64,000 nt of DNA from Candidatus Melainabacteria bacterium 17Bon1m (GTDB lineage: Bacteria > Cyanobacteriota > Vampirovibrionia > Obscuribacterales > Obscuribacteraceae), in assembly GCA_032128875.1 (NCBI GenBank), contig JAVLKG010000003.1, positions 952,974 to 1,016,973 of the forward strand, written 5' to 3'. The notes under the pieces are model-generated. The model was given only the letters and a program-made list of their open reading frames with translations. It was not told the DNA's origin and ran no database searches. Each line of letters begins with the position of its first letter. Position 1 is the stretch's first letter. The position numbers were made by a program, and so were the translations under genes. This document shows, piece by piece, positions 50,031 to 57,348 of the stretch.

Positions 50031-50321
50031 ATGTTATTTGGCGAAGACAAATTCAATCGATGTGATCTGTATGTCTCAATCTCATTAGAGCCTAAACAGA
50101 TCATGTTAGCTTCGAACTCAGGGATTCGATATAAAACATTGAAATCTGAGAAATTGAATCTAACTGAATTGGATCAAGCCGTTGAACAGATGAGATCTGA
50201 AATCCCGAACTCTGACCAGGAAGAATCTTATTGGGAACTCTATCTGACTCCAAATCATGTTGAACAATACAATCAGATCCGAAACAACCGAAACAAGACG
50301 TTTTGTCTATTGGTGGCATAG
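50031..50321 (+). CDS. Phage hypothetical protein
   Basis: ATG at 50031 after GGTGG. Confidence 0.5.
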   Translation: MLFGEDKFNRCDLYVSISLEPKQIMLASNSGIRYKTLKSEKLNLTELDQAVEQMRSEIPNSDQEESYWELYLTPNHVEQYNQIRNNRNKTFCLLVA

Positions 50322-50388
50322 ATGTCTGAACCTCTCCTCTTTTATCCTCTCGCTACGCTCACCTTCATCACCTTTGCAGGATACATAT

Positions 50389-50646
50389 ATGTTTCCCTCT
50401 TATCCTTCATATCGTCAGAACCCGTCGACTTCAACGCCGACAGAGAACTATAAATACTCACAGGAAGTCAGAACCAATGCACAGAGAAAACTCGACAGCC
50501 TCTTTATTGACCTCAGCAACAAAACGCCCAAAGACAAAAAAGCGTATTACCTTTACCAAGTTCTTCACGAAGCTGTTAACGCGAAAGCGGAACCAGGATC
50601 AAGAGACAAAGGTGAAACAGTCGACGACGACTATCTCTGTGGATAA
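50389..50646 (+). CDS. Phage hypothetical protein
   Basis: ATG at 50389 with AGGA SD. Confidence 0.5.
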   Translation: MFPSYPSYRQNPSTSTPTENYKYSQEVRTNAQRKLDSLFIDLSNKTPKDKKAYYLYQVLHEAVNAKAEPGSRDKGETVDDDYLCG

Positions 50647-50812
50647 ACTCCCAGATCTGAATGTCCAATTCCCTGAACAGCCATTGACTGAAGAACAGCA
50701 ACAACAGGAAGACGACAAACTCCCAGAACCAATTCCACCAGTAATCCCAGCTCACATCAGAGCTCAATCATTCCCAGTCAAGAAAATCACTGAAAACAAA
50801 TGGGAAGTCTAA
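50612..50812 (+). CDS. Phage hypothetical Pro/Gln-rich protein
   Basis: 3' part of ORF 50477..50812; start uncertain. Confidence 0.45.
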   Translation: MKQSTTTISVDKLPDLNVQFPEQPLTEEQQQQEDDKLPEPIPPVIPAHIRAQSFPVKKITENKWEV

Positions 50813-50900
50813 ATCTCTTCTTCATTCATAGAATTCTCTGGTATTGCATTCAATACCATCTGTATATCTTCTCAATCATTCAAGGACTCAGAATCTACTG

Positions 50901-51116
50901 ATGGAAACAACTGCAGTTCTCGCAATTGCCTTCTTGATCTATGCAATCGCTCAAACAGTCGAATCAGCAATTCTCAAAGAGAAACTTGATGATCTAACAG
51001 ATATATCCAATCAGTTGATCAATGATGTTCAAACTATTTGGGATTCAACCATGAATCTAAACGTCATTGAATGCGACTTCCAACCAAATACATTCTCTGA
51101 AGGTAATGACCTCTAA
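50901..51116 (+). CDS. Small membrane-anchored coiled-coil protein
   Basis: METTAVLAIAFLIYAIA followed by heptads. Confidence 0.55.
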   Translation: METTAVLAIAFLIYAIAQTVESAILKEKLDDLTDISNQLINDVQTIWDSTMNLNVIECDFQPNTFSEGNDL

Positions 51117-51544
51117 TGGACTTCATATTCATCCCTCTGATTCTATTCCTGATAGCGACAGCGCTGCATAATCCCTATCAGCGAGTGAACGAGCTCGACA
51201 AACAAATCACCGATCTAACCAAGCTGATTCACGCAATCGAAGCAGATCATTACATCCATGAATTCAATTGGAAACCAATCGGAAACAAAGTCAGAACAGC
51301 AGAGAAAACAATCTCAGTCCATGAACAACAGATTGGTTATGTAATGGATCAACTCAACATGATCAAATCTGACCTTCAATTATTTGTTGGACGATCAAAC
51401 GCCAATCGACAAGCTGAACTACTCAACGAGATCTTTACTCGACTCAATACCGCTGAACAGCAAATAGATGCTTTGAGAGAAGAAGACCTAAAGACGCTGC
51501 AAGACGCAGAGCTCCTAACGACCATTAGAAACACTCTTTCCTGA
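51116..51544 (+). CDS. Membrane-anchored coiled-coil protein
   Basis: MDFIFIPLILFLIA followed by heptads; TAATG-coupled. Confidence 0.6.
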   Translation: MDFIFIPLILFLIATALHNPYQRVNELDKQITDLTKLIHAIEADHYIHEFNWKPIGNKVRTAEKTISVHEQQIGYVMDQLNMIKSDLQLFVGRSNANRQAELLNEIFTRLNTAEQQIDALREEDLKTLQDAELLTTIRNTLS

Positions 51545-51559
51545 AGGTAACTCAAACCA

Positions 51560-51742
51560 ATAGAACTAATCATTCCTGCGATAGCAGCATTCGATGTTCT
51601 ATTGACCTCATTCATCATTTATCGATTCATCCTATCAATCAAAGCTGATCAGAAATTGAATCGAATAGAAGCGAAGCTGGATAGGTTAGAACAGTCATTA
51701 GATCAGTTAGAGAGATCATCTGATTGGAATCACATCGTTTAA
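51560..51742 (+). CDS. Membrane-anchored coiled-coil protein with apparent ATA start
   Basis: IELIIPAIAAFDVLLTSFIIYRFILSIKADQKLNRIEAKLDRLEQSLDQLE..; not in the ORF track. Confidence 0.45.
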   Translation: MELIIPAIAAFDVLLTSFIIYRFILSIKADQKLNRIEAKLDRLEQSLDQLERSSDWNHIV

Positions 51743-52214
51743 CTGATTCATTGAACCGCAAGGATTGAATTGATTAAGGCTGGTTCCGAAGTGGTCGGTC
51801 GATATGATACGGAGCGGGCAATTAGACAAGGCCAGTTAATCAACAAAATTGTTAGTTGTGGGTACCAAGTATTGAAGGACTCGGTACTAATCAGGCTGGC
51901 TTATTAATCAGGGCTGCCGGTTGCCTCGGTCGGAAGGTACCGGGTATACCCACCCAGGGGGGAAAGCGTCCGCCCCCTTTAGGGTGCCTTCAAGCGTGCG
52001 CATAACTTTGATTGGGGGTCTGAATTCATCAATGATTCGACCAGATTTCCTGATTTCAAAATCGACTCAAATTTTGCAATAAATTCTGATTGGGGGTATT
52101 GATCATACCCACTGATAGATATATCCCTAATTTAATCGATTGAAAATCAGATTGCTGCAGTTCGGGCTGGTACTGTATCTGGTGTCAAATATTTAGTACC
52201 GGTGGTGGTGGCAA

Positions 52215-52448
52215 GTGGATAATAATAAGGTTACTGATGATGCGGCAGTTGCTGGACTCCAAGAAGTTCGGGACAGCCTGAAGTTGCAAGTTGAGCTGTC
52301 TGCAATGATGGATCAGCTTTCTGATTCGATGAGCCGTGAAAATCTCTTGGAGTGGTCCAAGGCTAAATCAGTCTTGGTCAACAATCTCTATAAGGCGATT
52401 GATGGAATGATTCAGGCAGTCATCGACGCGCCGAAGGCGGCTGTCTAA
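52215..52448 (+). CDS. Phage hypothetical protein
   Basis: First gene of a translationally coupled run. Confidence 0.55.
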   Translation: MDNNKVTDDAAVAGLQEVRDSLKLQVELSAMMDQLSDSMSRENLLEWSKAKSVLVNNLYKAIDGMIQAVIDAPKAAV

Positions 52449-52666
52449 TGATCGACGAAGCCACCCTTGATCTTTGGGAGCGCATAGCGACCCAGCAAGC
52501 TTTCCACGAAGGCTTTCAAAGTACGTTGGCTTTGCCATTCCTGACGTTGATCAAAGAGAATAAGCGTCTCCAAGGATTGGTCGACAAGTTCAATGAGCCT
52601 GAAGCGGCTCGCCGCAAGACGGCAACTTTGATCGATGGCATCGAGGTCAATTCTAATGGGCGCTAA
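52448..52666 (+). CDS. Phage hypothetical protein
   Basis: TAATG coupling. Confidence 0.55.
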   Translation: MIDEATLDLWERIATQQAFHEGFQSTLALPFLTLIKENKRLQGLVDKFNEPEAARRKTATLIDGIEVNSNGR

Positions 52667-52946
52667 TTCACACTATTTCCAATCGATGCTTGAGAGATAT
52701 GTCAACAATTCTGTTGCTGATGAAGGCGGTAAATTCTCGCTTCAGACGAATGTGTTTGATTATTCGATCGAGCTTCAATATCTGAAGGATGGACAGAAGG
52801 AAGTAGCGACGATTCCATTCTTTTCTGATCCGACTTATCCAGTTGAGAAATTGCTTGATCTGGCGCGCAAACTTCGGAACAAAGTCAATCATCAGTTGGG
52901 GAATAGTCAGCCGGTCGATCCCTGTTCATTCGGGGGTTGTATCTGA
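52656..52946 (+). CDS. Phage hypothetical protein
   Basis: ATG at 52656 with GAGG SD. Confidence 0.55.
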   Translation: MGANSHYFQSMLERYVNNSVADEGGKFSLQTNVFDYSIELQYLKDGQKEVATIPFFSDPTYPVEKLLDLARKLRNKVNHQLGNSQPVDPCSFGGCI

Positions 52947-53179
52947 TGAAATTCGCTGTTGTCTGGTGGCTTGTCACGACTACTTTAAGTGGTGGCAGTG
53001 TGCCAATTGATAAATACACGTTTGAATATCCTGCATTTTGCCCGCTTGTTTGCGAGAGGAAAGAGCAGACTCAGATCGCGGCTCAGTTCTTCACTGATCG
53101 CAAAACGGCAGAAGATTTCATGAAGCAGGCGCCGGATCGAATCAAGAAACGCATGAAATTGATGGAGATTGACGAGTAA
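52946..53179 (+). CDS. Phage hypothetical protein, possibly exported
   Basis: TGATG coupling; hydrophobic N-terminus. Confidence 0.55.
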   Translation: MKFAVVWWLVTTTLSGGSVPIDKYTFEYPAFCPLVCERKEQTQIAAQFFTDRKTAEDFMKQAPDRIKKRMKLMEIDE

Positions 53180-53583
53180 TGATCCAGGAATTGGTTAAAC
53201 GCTGGGACGCTAAAAAAGCTGACCTCCGTGACAAATATTCAAAAAAGCGCCCGGGCAGCTATGGGGATATCGTCAAAGACGTTGTTCAATTGGTGACTTC
53301 TGAAGGGAAATATGGCGACTACAATCTAGATCCCGAGCGAATCACTTTGATCGACCACGGCGACTATCAAGGAACTGAGCTTTTCATTATTCCAGAAAAA
53401 GGCTATCAGCCTAGTCGGTTTTGGTTCGTCAAGGTCGGCTACGGCTCATGCTCTGGCTGTGACACTCTCCAATCGATTCAGGGTTGGAGTGATCAAATCT
53501 CGCAACAAGAGCTCGACGGGACTATGACCTTGGCGCTGCATATCTTGCAAGCGATCAAGCCGCTGGATGGAGAATCAGTCTAA
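53179..53583 (+). CDS. Phage protein with GYGSCSGCD motif
   Basis: DHGDYQG...YGSCSGCDTL. Confidence 0.65.
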   Translation: MIQELVKRWDAKKADLRDKYSKKRPGSYGDIVKDVVQLVTSEGKYGDYNLDPERITLIDHGDYQGTELFIIPEKGYQPSRFWFVKVGYGSCSGCDTLQSIQGWSDQISQQELDGTMTLALHILQAIKPLDGESV

Positions 53584-53759
53584 TGTCTAAATCAAAATCA
53601 AAGAATCTTGGCGGTCAATCATCCAGAATCATCATGGTCAATCCGAACAAAGAGAAACGCCGGCGCTTGAAGGCGCAGATTCAGAAAATCTTTGAAGCTG
53701 TTGAAGATCAGCCAAAACCAGTTCTTCTGAACGCTGCTCAGAAAGAGGCTTGGACTTAA
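53583..53759 (+). CDS. Small basic phage protein (58 aa)
   Basis: MSKSKSKNLGGQSSR...; TAATG-coupled at both ends. Confidence 0.5.
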   Translation: MSKSKSKNLGGQSSRIIMVNPNKEKRRRLKAQIQKIFEAVEDQPKPVLLNAAQKEAWT

Positions 53760-54079
53760 TGCCTTACGGTAATATCTATTACAACCCTGAAGATTACGAC
53801 TGCGAAATTGTCGATGAACTTGACTATGGGCTCAGCTATGAATTCGATAAAGTTGTCGTTTTCCGCCGCAAAACGACGGACGAATTAGCCTGGGGGTCGG
53901 ACTCCGGCTGCTCATGTCCAACCCCATTTGATAGGTTCAATGGATTTGAAGATCTAGACAAGCTCCCGGAAACATTGGCTGATTTCGAATTGGCTGTTCG
54001 GCGGCTGGGATATCGAGAAGAAGTATCAGCCGACAAACTTGAATTCATCCAGAAAGTCAAAAAACTTCTAAAAGCTTGA
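53759..54079 (+). CDS. Phage protein with DSGCSCP motif
   Basis: YEFD...WGSDSGCSCPTPF. Confidence 0.65.
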   Translation: MPYGNIYYNPEDYDCEIVDELDYGLSYEFDKVVVFRRKTTDELAWGSDSGCSCPTPFDRFNGFEDLDKLPETLADFELAVRRLGYREEVSADKLEFIQKVKKLLKA

Positions 54080-54360
54080 TTTATTACACAGTCCATTTCT
54101 TCGATTCATTCACCAATCGCCGCGCAACGCTCGATTATGACATTGCCGACTGGGATGATGAATCAAGTGAATTCCTCTGGAATGAACATAATTGGGGCTG
54201 TGACTGCAATCGAATGTCAGTCTTCGAAGACGAAGAAGAAACCAAATGTGTTTATGAATTCGCTGGAAAGCATGTGGATCGCCGCGTCTTCATTGAAAAG
54301 ATCGTTCATCGAGACGGCAGAATTCTCTATCAAGAAGATATCGAATCAATCTGGACCTAA
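54076..54360 (+). CDS. Phage protein with W..NWGCDCNR motif
   Basis: Acidic 94-aa ORF coupled to the upstream gene. Confidence 0.55.
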   Translation: MIYYTVHFFDSFTNRRATLDYDIADWDDESSEFLWNEHNWGCDCNRMSVFEDEEETKCVYEFAGKHVDRRVFIEKIVHRDGRILYQEDIESIWT

Positions 54361-54584
54361 CATGGACTTTCCCGAAGAATCTGAACCAGAACGCCATTGT
54401 TCCGGTCCTGAACCGATCATTCATGAATCCCAGAACGATTTCTGGTGGCCGGGTTCTGCCGGCAATTGCCTTGATACAGATGATCATTTTGATGAAAATC
54501 CTGACTAAAAAGCCCCGGGTGAGTTACTTCCGGAGCCCTTTAGACAGGAGGATTTATGTCTTCGATTTCTTGATTGCAGAAAAA

Positions 54585-54627
54585 TGATACCACGGATAGT
54601 ATCACTTTTCCAATTCTATGCTATGAT
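54585..54627 (+). promoter_or_regulatory. Operator palindrome plus extended -10 promoter for the ncRNA/tRNA operon
   Basis: TGATAC-N8-GTATCA (54585-54604) and TGcTATGAT (54619-54627). Confidence 0.6.
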
Positions 54628-54639
54628 TAATTACATGAT

Positions 54640-54972
54640 CAATCAACTTCCCGGAGGCAGACCGGGCTTTTCAGTGATTTCCTCCAAGCCCAGCCACTGG
54701 GGGATTAATAGGTCGATTGAGTGTGAAGGATGCGCCCCGACGGGTGGGATAACTGGGAATGCCCTAGCTTCCGGATTAGGTAATTGATTGGACCCTTTGT
54801 CTGACGGGACAATAAATCAATCACATGCCAGGCTGGTTTTAATCGATCAGCGTGGCTTCATGGGAAATCGGAAGGCTTACAATCCTTCCCCCTCTTGCGA
54901 GACAGGCTTAAACGTCCGCTGAATACAGCGGGGCTAGTTATTAGAGGGTCTGCTGAAACCAGTGATTTCCCT
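54640..54972 (+). ncRNA. Candidate large structured non-coding RNA (class unknown)
   Basis: Closing helix GCAGACC/GGTCTGC, nested long-range helices and several hairpins; lies between the promoter and the first tRNA. Confidence 0.6.
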
Positions 54973-54976
54973 ATTT

Positions 54977-55050
54977 GGGCTCGTAGTGTAATGGTTAGCA
55001 CGGCACCGCTCGAGGTGTAAGAGCATGTTCGAATCATGCAGGGTCCACCA
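54977..55050 (+). tRNA. Atypical tRNA-like gene with 6-nt anticodon loop (identity undetermined)
   Basis: D-arm GTGT/GCAC, T-arm GCATG-TTCGAAT-CATGC and 3' ACCA; anticodon arm GCACC-GCTCGA-GGTGT. Confidence 0.7.
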
Positions 55051-55070
55051 ATTTTATTGAGAGAGAAATC

Positions 55071-55280
55071 ATGCCAGAAATTAAAGATCCTTTCGAATAT
55101 CACAAACCATCAGAGAAGCAATTGTGTGTCTTGTCTCAGCTTCGCGCGAAGTGCAAGGAATTGAACGATCTCCAAATGCAATTGCTCCCGCCTGGTCGCT
55201 GCCGATCACTGGCTGTAACTAAGCTGGAAGAAGTTTCGATGTGGCAGAATAAAGCTGCCGTGTTTGAATTGGCGGAATAA
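55071..55280 (+). CDS. Acb2/Tad1-like helical-hairpin protein (putative immune-signal sponge)
   Basis: F.YH.P...Q....LR....EL......P.GR..SLA.TKLEE..MW.N.A pattern, recalled for this family. Confidence 0.7.
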   Translation: MPEIKDPFEYHKPSEKQLCVLSQLRAKCKELNDLQMQLLPPGRCRSLAVTKLEEVSMWQNKAAVFELAE

Positions 55281-55291
55281 CCGCCCTTCTT

Positions 55292-55367
55292 GGTCCTGTC
55301 GTCTAGTGGCCCAGGATTCCGCGTTGTCGCCGCGGAGACGCGGATTCGAATTCCGCCAGGACCGCCA
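55292..55367 (+). tRNA. tRNA-Asp(GTC)
   Basis: GGTCCTG/CAGGACC acceptor; CCGCG-TTGTCGC-CGCGG; GCCA end. Confidence 0.9.
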
Positions 55368-55371
55368 CTTT

Positions 55372-55447
55372 GCCCGATTAGTTTAGTTGGAAAAATGCCA
55401 GCCTTCCAAGTTGGTGTCGCCGGTTCGAATCCAGGCATTGGGCTCCA
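55372..55447 (+). tRNA. tRNA-Gly(TCC)
   Basis: CCAGC-CTTCCAA-GTTGG; TCCA end; bulged T-stem. Confidence 0.85.
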
Positions 55448-55452
55448 ATTTT

Positions 55453-55525
55453 GCCGAAATAGCTGAGACGGTTCAAGCGCCGGTCTGCAAAACCGGAGAC
55501 ATCAGTTCGAGTCTGATTTTTGGCT
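55453..55525 (+). tRNA. tRNA-Cys(GCA)
   Basis: CCGGT-CTGCAAA-ACCGG; U discriminator; CCA not encoded. Confidence 0.85.
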
Positions 55526-55529
55526 TTAT

Positions 55530-55614
55530 GCAACAGTATCCAAGCTGGCTCAAGGACGCGGCCTGTAAAGTCGTTGGTTAACCCCGGTCATTGGTTCGAA
55601 TCCAATCTGTTGCA
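55530..55614 (+). tRNA. tRNA-Tyr(GTA)
   Basis: GCAACAG/CTGTTGC acceptor; GCGGC-CTGTAAA-GTCGT; long variable arm. Confidence 0.88.
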
Positions 55615-55618
55615 ATTT

Positions 55619-55690
55619 TGCCTTGTCGTCTAACTGGTAGGACAGCGGACTTTGAATCCGTTAATGGACGTTCGAACCGTCCCGAGGCAG
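55619..55690 (+). tRNA. tRNA-Gln(TTG)
   Basis: U1-A72; GCGGA-CTTTGAA-TCCGT; G discriminator. Confidence 0.88.
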
Positions 55691-55711
55691 CTTACTAAAT
55701 CATAGAAATTT

Positions 55712-55741
55712 GAAAGCCGCCCTGGTGGGAGCGGCTTTCTT
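55712..55741 (+). terminator. Terminator of the tRNA operon
   Basis: GAAAGCCGC...GCGGCTTTCTT. Confidence 0.75.
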
Positions 55742-55868
55742 GGCGAACGGGGGAGTCGTTCTCTTTTATCTTGTCAGACCACCAAACCCAATCAATTAAT
55801 CAATCCAATTTCCTGATCGAAATAAATCGAATGCCACCATAAGCGGTATCACTTATTGGGGAAATTGA

Positions 55869-56372
55869 ATGAGATATATTCTCGAAATAGATGAAAAAGG
55901 AATCCCGAGACTAAAGGGATTCAATGAAGATTTAGCCGTTCAAATGGCGGCAGAACTTGAATTGATCGGTCGAATGGTTGGCGCCCAAGACGGGGAAAGA
56001 GCCAGCCATGCTTTGACTAATGTCAATGAGCGCATGTCAACGCTGAGAGCGGAGAACACAGATCTTAGAAATCAGGTTTCTACCCTGCGGGCTGAAGCTA
56101 AGAAGTACGAAGAACTCAATCACGCGCGCGGTCGCGAGATGCGCTCATTGTTCGGATTCAATCCAAGCATTAGCTATGAAGAATTCGTTGGTCATCTCAG
56201 AGTCTTGGGCGACGCCTACAAGAGACAAGCGGCGAAATATACCGGCGGAATATCTATCCAGTCGATATTGGATCTGCAAAAGCAATTCGCGCCGTACATG
56301 ACACCCAAGCCGATCGTCATGGATCGTCCGGCCTCAATTCATCGCGGCTCGCCGCTCATTTGGGGTAACTAA
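55869..56372 (+). CDS. Phage coiled-coil hypothetical protein
   Basis: Heptads LRAENTDLRNQVSTLRAE. Confidence 0.65.
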   Translation: MRYILEIDEKGIPRLKGFNEDLAVQMAAELELIGRMVGAQDGERASHALTNVNERMSTLRAENTDLRNQVSTLRAEAKKYEELNHARGREMRSLFGFNPSISYEEFVGHLRVLGDAYKRQAAKYTGGISIQSILDLQKQFAPYMTPKPIVMDRPASIHRGSPLIWGN

Positions 56373-56374
56373 TC

Positions 56375-57091
56375 ATGATTGAATATCCCAAAGTTGATTC
56401 TCTGTTCAAGAGAGACGAGAAGACCCAGAAGGTAAACGGGGAGATCAGGCATAGAGAATATGATTTGGTCACCCATTGGGTTGTTTCCGAAAAGATTCAC
56501 GGTCAGAATGTTCGCGTCCATTGGGACGGAACTAATGAACAAATCACATTAGGCAGCCGCCGGCAGACCGGAGATGACAGCCTTCCGAAAGATCTGGTCA
56601 GTCATATCAGAGAAAGAATCACTGTCGACAAGATGAAGGCGGCTTTTGGGCCGGCGACAGTCACGCTCTTTGGTGAAGGTTACGGACCTGGTATCAATGG
56701 CGGTGGCGATCTGGCAGACTCCAAGAGATTCGCTCTCTTTGATTGCCGAATTGACAAGGCTGATGGTTGGTGGATGGAACCAGATCAACTCGAAGGTGTT
56801 GGGGAGCACTTTGGAATTGAAACGGCTCCAGTCTTGAAAGGGCTCCTAACTCTTCAGGAAATCATTCCGATGGTCAGGAAAGGTTTCAATTCAATTGTGG
56901 CTCTGAAGAATACTGGGAAAGAAGTCTGGGCTGAAGGCGTCGTTTGTCGCACTTATCCCGCGCTGAAATTCCGGGATGGAACAAGACTCCAATTCAAACT
57001 CAAGACCGAAGACTTCGCTAAGAATGTGATCGCTCTCCCTCAGAGAAAGGGAATCATTCAGGTCGAAGGCGTTCTATCGCCGGCGGGATAG
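56375..57091 (+). CDS. Rnl2-family RNA ligase (adenylyltransferase domain)
   Basis: Motif I EKIHGQN, III FGEGYG, IIIa FALFD, IV EGVV and V FKLK. Confidence 0.85.
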   Translation: MIEYPKVDSLFKRDEKTQKVNGEIRHREYDLVTHWVVSEKIHGQNVRVHWDGTNEQITLGSRRQTGDDSLPKDLVSHIRERITVDKMKAAFGPATVTLFGEGYGPGINGGGDLADSKRFALFDCRIDKADGWWMEPDQLEGVGEHFGIETAPVLKGLLTLQEIIPMVRKGFNSIVALKNTGKEVWAEGVVCRTYPALKFRDGTRLQFKLKTEDFAKNVIALPQRKGIIQVEGVLSPAG

Positions 57092-57126
57092 TTTTTGCCT
57101 ATCTTGCTGGGCACTGCCGATAGATC

Positions 57127-57158
57127 AAGAAAGCCGCCTTTTTGGGCGGCTTTCTGTT
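57127..57158. terminator. Bidirectional terminator
   Basis: AGAAAGCCGCC-TTTTT-GGGCGGCTTTCT between the convergent ligase and tRNA genes. Confidence 0.8.
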
Positions 57159-57179
57159 TCCGTTACAGCTCGGAGTAAA

Positions 57180-57269
57180 TGGCGGATTGTGAACGATTCG
57201 AACGTTCGGCACCCTCTCGGGAGCGCCCGGTTAGCAACCGAGTGCATTAGACCTCTCTGCCAACAATCC
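57180..57269 (-). tRNA. tRNA-Ser(GCT)
   Basis: GGATTGT/ACAATCC acceptor; CTCGG-TTGCTAA-CCGGG; long variable arm; GCCA end. Confidence 0.9.
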
Positions 57270-57270
57270 A

Positions 57271-57348
57271 TGGTTGCGAGAGGTTCGATTCGAACGAACG
57301 ATCTTTGGGATATGAGCCCAACGAGATAGACCACTTCTCTACTCCGCA
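57271..57348 (-). tRNA. Initiator-type tRNA-Met(CAT)
   Basis: TTGGG-CTCATAT-CCCAA (three G-C pairs); ACCA end; 1-nt acceptor bulge. Confidence 0.82.

Noticed and set aside
54585-54604. NtcA box
   Set aside because: NtcA recognises GTA-N8-TAC; this site is TAC-N8-GTA and belongs to the phage palindrome family.
54640-54972. tmRNA, RNase P RNA, 6S RNA, group I/II intron or hammerhead identity for the ncRNA
   Set aside because: I could not find a matching tRNA-like acceptor, GAGGAAAGTCC, a simple rod fold, intron core/D5 motifs or a CTGANGA core. A covariance-model search is still needed.
54584-55581. ORFs 54584..54787, 54858..55103, 55136..55438 and 55387..55581
   Set aside because: They overlap the promoter, ncRNA and tRNA genes and have no protein-like features.
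49421-57348. Invertible segments around the minus-strand ORF (49421..49666) or minus-strand tRNA pair (57180..57348)
   Set aside because: No convincing flanking inverted repeats were seen by eye.
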